Positions 39,061 through 51,202 of a DNA stretch of 64,000 nucleotides are shown here, one piece after another. The DNA lies in NCBI GenBank assembly GCA_002633005.1, contig NMRA01000020.1, positions 1,273,650-1,337,649 on the forward strand, given 5' to 3'. This stretch comes from Phoronis australis. Its lineage: Eukaryota; Animalia; Phoronida. The notes under the pieces were generated by a model, which saw nothing but the letters and a program-made list of their open reading frames with translations, was not told where the DNA came from and did not search any database. Position 1 is the first letter of the stretch, and each line of letters opens with the position of its first letter. The position numbers and the translations under genes are program-made.

Positions 39061-40885
39061 TCATCTGTCTGACGATTGTTGGTGGTGTTGCTGTTGGTAT
39101 TTCATCCAAATCCAACAAAATGCCTGTTCAGCTTCAGTGGCTATGTCGCGTAGCAGAGCCTTCTTTCCTGACACGGAGACGCCAAGACACCTCGCCATGG
39201 TAATGACCGAACTGGCCGGAAAACCCCGGCAGCCGACCTCCACAGGAAAACTCCAACATCCCCAGCCGTTAACATGACAGTCATTCCTCAGGTCTGCATA
39301 CTTCAAGTTCTTTCGCTCGTGTGCCTCTTCCACCCTACTCTGCCACAGGATAGTGAGCTCAATCAAAATGACCTGGTGGGAACTGCCCGAGTAAATAACC
39401 AAGTCAGGGCGCTGGGTAGCCTGAACAATGTGTTGAGGGAAGAATGACTGGTGACCGGCAAGGTCTGCCCACACTCTCCAGTCGTTGGCTGTGTGCAGGA
39501 TGCCTTTCTGCTCAGGGGTCTTCCTTTTACTCACCTCATCACCACTTCTTATGAAATTGATGAATTCGATGCGGTGGCTTCTCGGCTTCGGTTTGCTCTT
39601 GACCTCGTCAACCAACACCCTTGCAAAAACTTTCAGTACCTGGTTGTGTCGGTAAATTTACCTTCCTGATGCCAAAGACGAGCTGCAAGATGATAGGATG
39701 TGCTCTAACGTATACCTGCATCCGCACTGAATACAGCTCGGGTTGTCAGTAAGGCCCCAAGTAGCAAGGTTGCTGGGAGTAGGCAGTACGTCGTAAACAG
39801 GTCTAATGAGTAATTTGGCTTTCAGAGGAGACATCTTCCACAAATCAGCCCACTTGACTTCCCTTTGTAAGACTATTTCCCACTTGGTCCATGCTCCCTG
39901 TTGGCCCATCTGGACTGCTCGGGCGTACCTTTCTTCGTTCTCTGATGATCTAACCTCCCTGATTATTCTGTCTCTGCCCGGGTCTTTAGATCTTTCCCTT
40001 GCTGGCTTACCGGTCTTGTAGCCCAACCCTTGCCTACCCTGGCAAGCTGTTCCTACTAACTGCCTGTGCCTCACCGACTTTCTGCTTCACTGATCACCAA
40101 GGTGGTGAACCACTTCCTTCCGATGCGTGACTGGATACTGCATCCCCTGGTGGCCTGGTCAGATGTATTCCGCAGAGTGATGCTGGCTCGAACTTTGGTA
40201 ACTTTGAATTCTTCTACCACAGATGAGACTGGCAGGACAAGTTTTGACGACTTGCAGTATAGTCCGACATTGCTGAATGACGCGGGTAGTCCAAGTCACC
40301 TACGAATGAATCTTCTTGCTACCATTTTCATTTCTTCAGCTGAGGATGACGTGACGTCGCAGACAACCAGTGGCCACATAAGCTTCGGGAGCAAGATGAA
40401 CTGATAACACCAAAGCTTGAACCTTCCGAGTATGCCATCTTTGTCGATCTTCTCAAGCCATACCTTGAGCTGGGCTTTCACATCTTTAACTCGGGATGTA
40501 TCTCGTAGGCTGCTGTCATAGTACTTGCCCAGGTACTTGACTGGCTGCACACTGATTGCTGGAATTCTGCAACCTGATACAGAAAACGTCTGTCTCTTGA
40601 GCAACACTCCTCTCCTGATGATTAATGATCTGGACTTGTCTGCCTTGAATGACATACAGGCCCATTTAGTGAGCTCTTCTAGGCGACGGAGAATTCTCCT
40701 GGCTCCCACTGGTGACTCTGTCACTATCGTAATGTCCTCAACGAAAGCTCTGCAAGATATCTGTCTGACTTCATCTAGCTTGGGACCTCTCCGCTCAGAC
40801 TGGGCTCTCTTCAACAAGACGTTCATTGCCATAATAAAAAGGATGACTGAAACTGTGCAGCCCGTCATAATTCCTTTCTCCAGGT
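39061..40885 (-). mobile_element. 5'-truncated, frameshifted RLE-clade non-LTR retrotransposon (Hero/NeSL-like)
   Basis: RT motifs GIMTGCTVSVILF and AFVEDI (decayed YADD), then GRFKLWCYQFILLPKLMWPL. CCHC knuckle CIQCG...TLEHILSSC. Restriction-like endonuclease RPDLVI...LIELT...RK..KY..L...PVEVGCRGF. Confidence 0.88.
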
Positions 40886-42060
40886 GATGAACATTTCCGT
40901 GGACTTTTGAAAGTTACCAAGTTGTAGAATTTTTATTTAATGTTGTTTTTAAAAGGGTATTTCTTCGCCACGACCTACAAGCTAGGCCAATGGTCTAACT
41001 TCCGAACTCGTAATCAGACTCGACGCTTCACCAATCACATTGCTGGAGTCGAGTTTGTAAGTTTACTAAATGCTGCAAAGCAATTGGTCAATTTCCAGTC
41101 GAGTTTCGAGTACAGGCATTAGTCACAGCCGGTGCTTGGTCCTCGTGTGGTGACACTTAAAGCGATTACAAACACAATTTAGAACAACGTTTGATTTGGG
41201 CCTCTTGCCGCAATGAAATTGATCTGAAATTACGGTTGCTTAGTCATCGTGAAGGTTATTTGATATCTTCAAAAGAACTGGCAGTCAGTTACACCTCGAC
41301 ACAAGGCTCTACAGGTTGACTTTTCACAGCCTGTCATTTTATGCGCCAAGCATGGTTTAATGGAATAACTCAAAAATCACTTCTCATCTGAGTAAGGAAC
41401 AAGTCGAGACCAATTTAATGGCGGTAAGTGGTGTCAATGGAAAGCTCACTTCTTTCGCAGAACGCGAGTTTGTAGCCGTTTTAAAGCTTATCATCAACGG
41501 TAACACCTGTAAATTTTGTTCTTACAGTATGATAAGAGCATCGCTCTGAGCCAACTAGTGCCATAAATTGCCAAATGTAACGAACTGCAAGGCGCATTGG
41601 CTTGCTTTTGTCTATGTCACCGCGAGAATCACCTTTTAATTCAAACAGCTGCGAATAACACCCACACGCACTGGCGTTCTATTCAGACCCCTATTCAATA
41701 CAGCTGTTAATGACCTTTTGTTGTTTGTGCTGGGATCTCGCGGTGACACAACGGGGCACGAAATGGCAGCTTCACCTATCATTTGACGGACTTACATTTG
41801 CGTGACTGAACTCGCGTTTTCTTATTTCACTAAGGCTTTGCTAGGACTATCTGGTTAGCCCAATACATTTAAAATAACACATTTCCATTGAAGTTAGGCT
41901 TTAAAATTAAAAATGACATCAACACCCTCGCCATGAAACAGTCTATATTTATTAATCAAGCATTCGTCATATGAAATGTTATGTTGACAACCAGCATGTC
42001 ACGTAAGTATGTGCAGTTTCGCGAGCTGATGCCAGTAGCTCCTCCTTTTCATGACTTTGA

Positions 42061-43264
42061 AGGGGAAGGCAACAGTTTTAGTGTCATTTGTGGTTAATTT
42101 AGGTGTAATTTTAATTTATTTAAATTTCCTGTGTGTTCTAATTAATTACGCATGCTCCGGAAGTGGCGTTCGCGGCCCTAATCATACCCTGGCAGCTTTG
42201 TTTGTGCGACGATTCATTGTGGACACCTGTTGATTTTGCATATTTACTTGTTTCCAGAAATTGCCGTACTTTTTTGCTTTCAACGAGTATTCTCAGACAA
42301 TCCTATACTAACCTATTTCTCAGTTGAGTGGTATTTAGACACTGTTTGATCTGCAGCTGACCGGAAGTGGCAGGGGTCTGCTTCATGAACACCGTCACTG
42401 TCACTGTCTTCTGTCTCAAAAATTTGATCAAATTTCACATTAGCAAAAGTATAAGCTGTCTGAGAAAATACCTATGTTATCTACTTACTGACAAAATTAG
42501 TACAATTTATTTCCAAGCAGTGATGCGCACATAATTACATATGACTAAACTTTTTTGAAGTGGGACCTTGAGTCCAAATATTTGGCTCCTAAGTCTTTAG
42601 TCACTTTTCATGGAATAAACCCCTGAAGTCGGCGACCGCAAAAACACTGACCACGTTCATGGGAAGCTTTGCTGGTTGCTGGCTTTGGACGCTGCAGTGA
42701 CTGCTCACAAGCACGAGTGACATCAAACGTCGTAGCCTTGAGTCACTGCAGAGGCTGCAGCTTGCGAAGCTAATTCACGTTTCAAAACAGCACTCCGAGC
42801 AGGTGGCGACAGAGTAGTGAAGTGAAATACCGACGTCATGGCATCCTTCTTCAAACCATGTTTATCAGGTACCAGCCTTGGTGATCTCTGTTTGTGTCCA
42901 GGTCCCTTTAGAAATACGAAGATAAGAAACGTTTGCAACACACAGGATTATTTTTCATTGCTTTAGCAGTGGCATGAAAGGCCAACGCTGCATTGTTGAT
43001 ACCACGAGTTAACTCCCATGGTCCTTGTCGTCCCCTCGAAGTTGATAAAACATAAAGTACTTCGAGAGGTCACGATGCTTGCATCTCGGTACACAGCAAC
43101 TTCCGGGCATACTGAATGCGACTCAGAATGTGGCAAATTATGCCCTAACGTTTTACATGTGAAGAATGCTGGCGGTAAAAAAATCGGGCAGCTGACATCA
43201 CTTCGGGGGTGACGCCTGCTTTAATCGATTAGAGCAAGTGACAATTGATAAATTGCCTTCCCCT
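42061..43264 (-). mobile_element. Kolobok-like element with decayed THAP-domain remnant
   Basis: TTGA|AGGGGAAGGCAA ... TTGCCTTCCCCT|TTAA, with termini similar to the 61126 element (AGGCGAAGGCAAC). Minus-strand VCCKRF and LKKDAMTSVF resemble THAP motifs. Confidence 0.7.
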
Positions 43265-43501
43265 TTAAACTCTGCTTCATTCAATTTATTTCAAGACATC
43301 TGTATATCAATAGCATTTGCTGAGAAAGTGGTTGACGCTGATATTCTCCACAAATCTGCTGCAGTGTAGCGAGACGACATGCTGTTGTCTGACTCCACAA
43401 GATTTCCACTCCGACTTAGCCCTCACCCCCCCCACCACACCGCCATCAACACTACCGTCTACCCTGGGTTGTCCGTCGGCTCTTGTGATGTTAACTGTAG
43501 T

Positions 43502-43568
43502 TCATCCAGTAACCTGGATGTCATCTTCGACAGTAATCTCGTTTCTTTCAAGCGTAAATTTATAATAC
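43502..43568 (-). CDS. SLC46: SLC46 paralogue B, probable terminal coding exon
   Basis: Acceptor catcttacag, with a phase-2 join giving LYYKFTLERNEITVEDDIQVTG*. Total CDS is 1111+84+157+67 = 1419 nt (472 aa). Confidence 0.6.
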
Positions 43569-44176
43569 CTGTAAGATGTGATGTGGCAAATAAGACATTT
43601 GCATAAACAGTATTACAACTTTACGAAATTTTGAAGATTGTATTTCTTTTAATTCATTCATTATTAGATCATCGTCATGAAGACCTAAATATTCAAATAA
43701 AAGGCCGAGTTGAATTCTTGAGTTCCATTGCTATTTTGTTTGGTTTTGAATTGTTTGGAAATAAACTATACAAGATTTTATGAGTTTTCAAAATGTTTTG
43801 ATTGTTTCCTCAAACACGTTTAGGCCATTGCCTTTTGATTGGCAATATTTCGGACTTTTCCTAGGACACCGAATAATTTTACTAATAATATTACTAATAG
43901 AGAATGCATTTCGATGAATAATATGCAAACAACATAAAATTTTAACTCTCTCATTTGCCAAACTTTTATCTCAAACAGCAACCTAATATGAGCCAGAGAA
44001 GCATAGCTGGCACCCTTTCAGATGAGGGCAAGGGGGTGCGAATTTGCCGATATTCCATCAATGTTACATTGCAATGATGGAGGCGCTTCACAAAGTGCTC
44101 CCTATGTCTTACTTTGTCAGACTCCTCTGATCATGATTTTGGTTCCAGCATGTACGAGATACGGATTGCTACTTAC

Positions 44177-44333
44177 AGCACGAGAATAAGGCCGACGAAG
44201 AGCACGGCGGTCATCACGAGAAATACAATCCCTTTGTGTATGAGCAGAGTGTTGGCATAGATGGCTGGCCAGGCGAAGTTAACGACAAACATGGCCACTT
44301 CTCCAGCCAATCCCACCACAGCAAACAGAGAAC
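44177..44333 (-). CDS. SLC46: SLC46 paralogue B, coding exon 3
   Basis: Acceptor catctccacag, donor CT|gtaagt, 157 bp. Translation GSLFAVVGLAGEVAMFVVNFAWPAIYANTLLIHKGIVFLVM. Confidence 0.88.
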
Positions 44334-44707
44334 CTGTGGAGATGTTAAGTCGGTATGAGTAACGAAACGTTGCTTTAAGCGGCTTCAAATTGTGTTTTTT
44401 GTCAAACAAACAAGTTTTGAGTTAGTCCGCTTAGCGTTTGGAGATTGGTATCAAAGGTTTCCTTAGTGAAAATAAGTATGATTTCTGAGCTTAGACCGGC
44501 GAAATAAAGAAATGTCAGTTTTCCCGACCACAGAGGTCGCTTCTAAACTGAGTAAAGAACAAGGCAAGGCCCAAACTGAAACTTGATTTTTACAGAAAGC
44601 ACGGGTTGAATACCGCGCTCCAATGATGAGGAGTGAGTCCCGTTGATTTCAACCAGTCTTTCATCATATGGCTGTACCAACTGATTAAGATGCATGTTCA
44701 TTGAATG

Positions 44708-44957
44708 CATGCCTAGGGAGGCTCACTTGGCGAAGTGGGCAAAAAAGGTCAGGTCCGCCTGAGAGAAACAACAAGTCCGAAAAGGTAGAAAACGAGACGA
44801 AAGTCCATTAAAAAGGCAGGAACTACCAAAATTCGGAGAATGCACAATTCACAGCTCTGAACGTGCCTCGTTTTTTTCTCGTTTTCTTCGTTTTTTAGTG
44901 AAAGCTCCACGTTCTGAAAAATAGGAGCCCCCATTTTTTAGGCTGGGTGCGCGCATG
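44708..44957 (+). mobile_element. Intronic copy of the 34082-34325 MITE family
   Basis: Shared body and identical end TTTTTTAGGCTGGGTGCGCGCATG. Confidence 0.8.
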
Positions 44958-45269
44958 AAATGGTTGCAGTTCGAATAACTAGAAGCAATTCAGAAAGTTC
45001 TTATTGAATTTATTATAAATCCATTTGCCATGTAGCAAAAGATGTTGTTTCTGTCATATTTTCTTGTAGGCACGTGTGCACCAGAAATGACAGCTACGAC
45101 CACATTTTCTTATAAGAAAACATTAAAAAAACGCCTAATTAATCGCCTTCAACCAGAGTCCGGATTATTCTGAAGTTATACTTAGTGATAGCTCAAAGAC
45201 TGTTATACTGCAGGAAAAAAACACTAATATACACTTACAATGCCGGGATCAAGTTGTTGCAAAGGTTAC

Positions 45270-45353
45270 CTTGTTCGCTTTCTGTAACAAGTTTGGACAT
45301 TTTCGATTTCAAGATCGGCATTCCCATGTATTCCAAGAACCCTGCTGGAATCG
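45270..45353 (-). CDS. SLC46: SLC46 paralogue B, coding exon 2 (not in ORF track)
   Basis: Acceptor tatgtgttacag, donor CAAG|gtaacc, 84 bp. Translation AIPAGFLEYMGMPILKSKMSKLVTESEQG. Confidence 0.9.
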
Positions 45354-45384
45354 CTGTAACACATAACAGTTATTGTTCACCTGG

Positions 45385-45902
45385 AAGAGTGCGAGCGCCG
45401 GCGATACCGTGGCTCTACTTTCAAGCAGTATGAGTGCGGGTGCCGGCTATAGTGTGACTATACTTTTAAGCAGGAAGGGGTAATGTGCCTATTTTCAAAC
45501 ACATAAGAGTGCAGGTTTCGGCTACAGTGTGGTTCTACTTTCAAACAGTAAGAGTGCGGGTTTTGGCTATAGTGTGGCTCTACTTTCAAGCAGTAAGAGA
45601 GGGCTTGCCGGTTATAACGCGAATGCTTTCAAACAGTAAGCGTGCAAGTGCCGGCTAGTTTGGCTCTACTTTCAACAGTACGAGTGTGGGTGCTTGCTAT
45701 AGTGCGATTTCAAACAGTAAGAGTACAGGTGTTGGCTATATTGACTACATTCAAACAGTACGAGTGCAGGTGCCGGCTATAGTGGTACTCTACTGTCAAA
45801 CAGTACGGGTGCTGTCTATAGTGTGCCTATTGTCAAACAGTAACAACACGAGTGCCGTCTATAGTGTGGTTCTACTTTCAAACAGGAAGAGTTTAAGTGC
45901 AG
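45385..45902 (+). repeat. Degenerate intronic minisatellite, about 40-45 bp unit
   Basis: CTACTTTCAAACAGTAAGAGTGC.GGTGCCGGCTATAGTGTGG recurs, roughly a dozen diverged units. Confidence 0.85.
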
Positions 45903-46231
45903 GCTTTTTTCACATATTGTGAGATGGCAGCGGAATACCAAATCTCCGTCTTAATCACTCATGAATACGACACTTGCGCGGAGCGACTAAAACAATGAAA
46001 AAACGTTTCCTGCATCAATTTGCGGCATAGTCTTGTACAAAGGCAAGCGTAAGCAAGGTTTGAAATGTCATGCTTTCCCAAGCGTAAATAACAAATCCGG
46101 CATCAATTTGCTCGTCGGCAGATTCACTTTATGAAAAAAGAGCGACTAAAAATATCCCAACACCAACTCGATTTTCAAAAAAAAAATAGACTAAGACCAA
46201 GTAAAGACATTTACAGGCTCATCTTACTTAC

Positions 46232-47342
46232 CAAAGTATACAAGTAGACGAGATTCGGCAACTCCGTACATCGAGTGTCTGGCAATGTATGAGAGGATTC
46301 CGAGTACACTGCAGGTGAGGTCTGAGAGACGCAGTATTTTCAGGAACACAACGATTCCGAAAATGGCTCCGATCCAGACAGAAACGCTGCAAGCAGCTTT
46401 TAAGTAACCCAATTCAGTAGAGGTAAAACAAAAAGGAGAGTCCATGAAGAAATAGTACTCGATGGTAGCAGAAGATTTCGATATCATAAAAATGCACACC
46501 AAAGCCGTCAGTAGTATGACAAGTCTTTTAGGCCGGCCGGAGTAGCTGCGATTGTTAAACACAGCGAAGTTTTCTTTCAAAATCTTTAAGATTGCGATTG
46601 ATGCTCTCGATGAACTCACGACGGTTTCAGGGATAAAACATATACCATAAAAAAGAGTCAACAGGACAATCCCAAAAGATGTCACTATGGGCCACACGAA
46701 GCCTGTGTAGGAGACCATGTATCCTGTCAAAAGACATGCCAAAAAGTCACCACACCCCATTAGAACTTCTGCCACCGTGACACGTCTCGAGCGATTTTCA
46801 TGAGATGTGCAGTCGGCAACGTAAGAAAGCGCACACGTCAAAAAGACACTGGATGAACCACTAATACCATTTATGAAAGCTGCAAGGAACAAGTAGTATA
46901 TACTAACCTTGCAATAAATAACCCATACACATACAGCTGTGCGCACAAGTTGTCCGATAACGGGAAGTAAAATCCCCGGTCGTCTGCCTCGTCTGTCGCT
47001 GTAACCGCCAATGTAGAGCGACACTAAAATGATGGGACCAGATTCGACAACAGACAGATACAAGGCGAATAGCGAAGATTCCCGCTCGACGGTTTGCTGA
47101 AGATAATAGCGTGGGTCGGACTCATTTTCGGTGCAATGACTCCTGTTTGCATGTTTGCCGATTCCTGCTTGGGTGTAGTTGTGCTGTTTACCGACTTCAG
47201 TGAAAATATATTGAAACGTCACGAAAGCGCAAGAATAACGCGACAACGCATATAGAATAATACATGGTTCTATAATAATCGTACGCGATGGCTTTTTTCG
47301 TTCTATGTTTATCAAGGGATGGGTCTCACTTAATGCTGCCAT
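46232..47342 (-). CDS. SLC46: SLC46 paralogue B (PCFT-like MFS), coding exon 1
   Basis: IEP, GGYSDRRGRR, YVADCT, IPET and SPFCF; clearly paralogous to 30024-31137. Donor TTTG|gtaagt at 46232 and acceptor ttcattttttcag at 47374-47375. Confidence 0.93.
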
Positions 47343-47830
47343 AGCGCTGTTTTAAGACTTCAGTTGCACAAATCTGAAAAAATGAACATAGGAATGATAC
47401 ATGTTTTCTAAAAGCTGTATTTCGCCCTGATTAGCTAAAAACGAAAATCTAATTAGGCTTTTTACTCTCATAATATCGGTCTCATCATATCCCTTGCCGT
47501 GATAGGGTTATTGACGTTACCAAACATGAGTATTGAAGCCAATGAGCGACTGATGAAAACTAACTAGAGTTTTTTTAGGTCGGCCCAACCCTAAAATTGC
47601 CAATTCGGAAATCGTGAATGGCGCTTCGACGCATTGTCTGTCACTTGAGTTGCCAGCTAGTTCGGCAATAATTCAAGATGGGGGAGCGTGGTTTTGTTTT
47701 TAAACCCCACAGTACTTAGGTTGAATATTTACTTGACAGCTGAATAATTGGCAAAATGCAATTTTAAGCGGCAGTAGGCCTAAACCCGCCTTCCGTCGAA
47801 ACAACAAACCTTTGATTTAGACCGTTTACC

Positions 47831-47895
47831 CATGAGCGGCGCACCATAGGGGGTGAGAGGGCTATAGCCCCACTTTTTCAATGCTACGCCGCTGA
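47831..47895 (+). mobile_element. Short MITE, same family as 51053-51202
   Basis: CATGAGCGGCGCACCATAGGGGG...CTATAGCCCCACTTTTTCAATGCTACGCCGC. Confidence 0.65.
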
Positions 47896-49036
47896 CAACT
47901 GATAGCTCAAGTCCATGGTCGGTGAATAAAATGACGCCGCTACAAGTCAATTGTAGAGTCTTTTCTCAAGCAATACGAACGGTCATTTCTGTCGAAGCTC
48001 AGCAATTATAGATTTGTTTCATTAAGAAAATAACGGTAAGTGCTCGAAAAGTTGTTTATTGTGATGGAAGGCGGGTGTATAGCCGTTTGAAAACAGAGCC
48101 GACATGTGACATTCAACAAGTCAACTATAACTATACATGTACTTGCAACTATAACAAACCTCCATCCGTCCATCCCTGGTAGTCTTGGAGTGGAACTTTC
48201 CAAATTAATCTGACTAAGGGCCAGCCCAGACGGACAGCTTTGAGCTGAAGCTGTCTGCCTCAAGTGAAACATAGCTGTGTTGGCAGTTCACGTCAAGACG
48301 AGAACAACTGAATTAGACTAAATGAAATAACAACTAAGTTTCACACCTTTGCGTGAGCTGTCAGTTAAAGTATCACTATCGTTCACTTGAGTATAGACAT
48401 CTTAGTTGATTGCCGCCATTTTCATTTGAGCAAAGGTTTCTGGGAAAAATGTCGGTGTTCGCCGGAGATTCACAGCAACGTACCCGTATAGGTTTAGTAC
48501 TGAGTACGGGTGCGATAACTAGAGCGACCAAAAGGACAGTTATGTTCAAATCAGGTTATAGGTTTCGAATATCACTTGCAGACGTAGTAGCGTGAATATT
48601 AAACCAAGATGGTCAGATTTCAAAAATAAGATAAGTAAATCTAGTGTGGTATAGGAAATGCACTCCGCCATAATCCGAAAATTGTTTCTTAAATGAGCGT
48701 AAAAGATTCTAGTGAAATTGGCTGAGTTTATATTATTATCCAGTTTTCAAGTAATGTCCGCCGACCTTCTAGTATGTTATATAATTTATTTTTACACATT
48801 AATTCAAACCAACACCTGGTTTGATTTTGGAACCAACCCAACGAGCGCCACGAGCGAGTGCTTTTTTTTCTGGAAAATCACAAAACCAAGAGTGTTTCCA
48901 ATATGCTACAAAATAACAAGGTGTAATAGTAACATAAAAAGGGAAATAATCAACAGAGGTTTTATAATTAACGGGGAAATATTTTCACTGATTCAAAAGA
49001 TTTGTACCCTATCAAGACAAATATTTTAGCATATGG

Positions 49037-50795
49037 AACCCTCAACGATGCTGTGAAGAGTTTAGTCAGGCATTCATCCAAAATTATAATCTTTATATAT
49101 TAATTGTTAATTGAACCTTTGGCGCCGTCTGATACAGTTCTGCAATAAAAATATAGGCTTCAGTGGCGTTTTCAAAAATGTGATGAACTATTTCCTTCAA
49201 CTACCTATCCGTAATTTCCAGATGAAGGCTTGCTGGCAGATAAAAATTTGTAGCATTGAAGTGTTCTGTTGATAGATCATTACAGAGGTTGCAGGGTATT
49301 ACTTTCCATTGTAGTTCATAAATAAACTCATTTCTTCAGATAGTAAAAATTAGTGATCCTAATACATGTAGTGTTTGTTGCCCTAAACACGAGACGTTGG
49401 AACACGTTTGTACGAAAGTTTTGTTACCAAAGAAAGTGGATTCTGGAAAATGACGATATTCATGATAAAGAAAATGTTATTTTGAACACCTGTTGCATAG
49501 TTGCCGACATTTGAGAATGAAGAAACGGGGAACTGAATCAAAAGGCGGGATTTCCGGATAAAAAGCGGGACATCTCGGTCTATGCCAAAACGCGAGAATG
49601 AAATGTTCGCTGCAACATATAAAAACGTCCCAACGTCGTTTTTGTCGAACGAGAAAGTAGAACAATGTCGTGGGGGAAGTTATTTGATATATATGATAAT
49701 ATTTCAATTTCCAGAGAGATTTTATCATGATAGCGTGGTGGGATGGCGGTGGGATAGTCCACCACGAGCTGGACAATTGGCAAGTACAATGTGCGCTGTC
49801 AACAACATAAAGCATTGGATTTGATTTTTTACAAGATATACTTTTTATTTGTTATTCTATTTCACAGGTATATGTAAATACTACAGATAACATTCACTGT
49901 AAAGATATCGAATCTACAAAAAGTATCTGGGCAACACGTAGACAATGCTCAAATAAATTATTAAAACAAATGAAAACAGTGCAAACACACAAAAATATAG
50001 CTGCACAATTGCGAGCATTTTTTTCTGAAGTTACGTAAACACACCCGTCAGTAGGGACTATAACGAATGACCAATGTAATTGTCGGATTTTGTTGACGAA
50101 TTTTGCCGGGCATTCGCTGGATGTCTGTAACTGTATCTCAAGAGTCTCGCTTGGTGAACAAAAATGACAACATGAAAATGAAACAATGAAATTCGGCTTG
50201 ATTTGATAACTACAACACTCGATCAAAACTCAGTCGAATAGGCAGCCGGAAATTCTCAGTGCAAACTCTCGCGGCAAGGCTCGGGGTCGCAAGGTCTAAT
50301 CATAGAATACTTAGGGCACGTGCGAGAGTTGGCATTCCAGTGCCCCGTTGCATGAAACAGTCCTAAATAGGGACTCGGCTAAGTTCCCTAAATCTACGGC
50401 TTATTTGGGGGCTTGTGAAAACACTGATTGTCCTTTCTTTTGTTGTTTTAGTTTTATTACCAAGTCAATTCTTGGGTTTGATACAAATCGAGAGTGAACT
50501 CTGCATTGAATTCTCGATATTATTTTAAATATGTAGGGATCTTTTCATGCAACGCCCCCTATTTAAGGACTAAGTCCCTAAATATTTTGGATTGAATTAA
50601 GGGCCCAGTTTTTAGTTGTGTTATTAGAAAACGGCATTAGTCAAACAAGAGCTCATAATAAAGATAACATTATAGAAAAAATATTACACCTGTGCCTGAA
50701 GAAGGAAACAAATACGAAAAACAGTTAGGGAACTTAGTTGAGTCCCTATTTGGGACTGTTTAATGCAACAGGCCACAGGCTGATACAGTTCTATG
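49037..50795 (+). repeat. Diverged tandem segmental duplication, unit 1
   Basis: Ordered blocks shared with 51013-52408: TTTAGTCAGG.ATTCATCCAAAATTATA; AAAAGCGGGAC...TGAAATGTTCGC.GCAACA; TGACCA.TGTAATTGTCGG; ATGAAATTCGGCTTGATTTGATAA; GAGTTGGCATTCCAG. Confidence 0.8.
50341..50775. mobile_element. PIF/Harbinger-like MITE, 51-bp TIRs, CAG TSD
   Basis: CAG|TGCCCCGTTGCATGAAACAGTCCTAAATAGGGACTC ... GAGTCCCTATTTGGGACTGTTTAATGCAACAGGCCA|CAG. Absent at the paralogous site near 52361. Confidence 0.85.
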
Positions 50796-51052
50796 CACAA
50801 TCTGAATCGACCAGCAGGTCGGCAAATCGAGCACTATCATTAAGTAATTATCACTTCGCTTATCCCACAGATTTGAAAAAAACCAAGAGTGATGCCAAAA
50901 TCAGAAAAACAGCAGGGAGTAATAGCAACGTCAAAAAGGTAATGAACCACAGCTAATTAACCATGGCTAATTAAACCAGCAGGAAAACTATTTAACTAAT
51001 TCAAAAGCTTTCAACCCTCACTGTTTCTGAGAAAAATTTAGTCAGGTATTCA

Positions 51053-51202
51053 CATGGGCGGCGCACCGTAGGGGGCTGGGGGAGGGAATATAGCTCCCCC
51101 CACACTTTTTTCAGTGCTGCGCCGCCCATGTTCTATGGGCGGTGCAACACAGGGGGCTGGGGGGCTATAGCCTCCCATTTTTTCAGAGCTGCGCCGCCCA
51201 CG
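51053..51202 (+). mobile_element. Tandem dimer of a 70-80 bp MITE (CATGGGCGGCGCA TIR), 5-bp TSD
   Basis: ATTCA flanks the dimer on both sides. The paralogous empty site at 49072-49076 has a single ATTCA. Confidence 0.85.
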
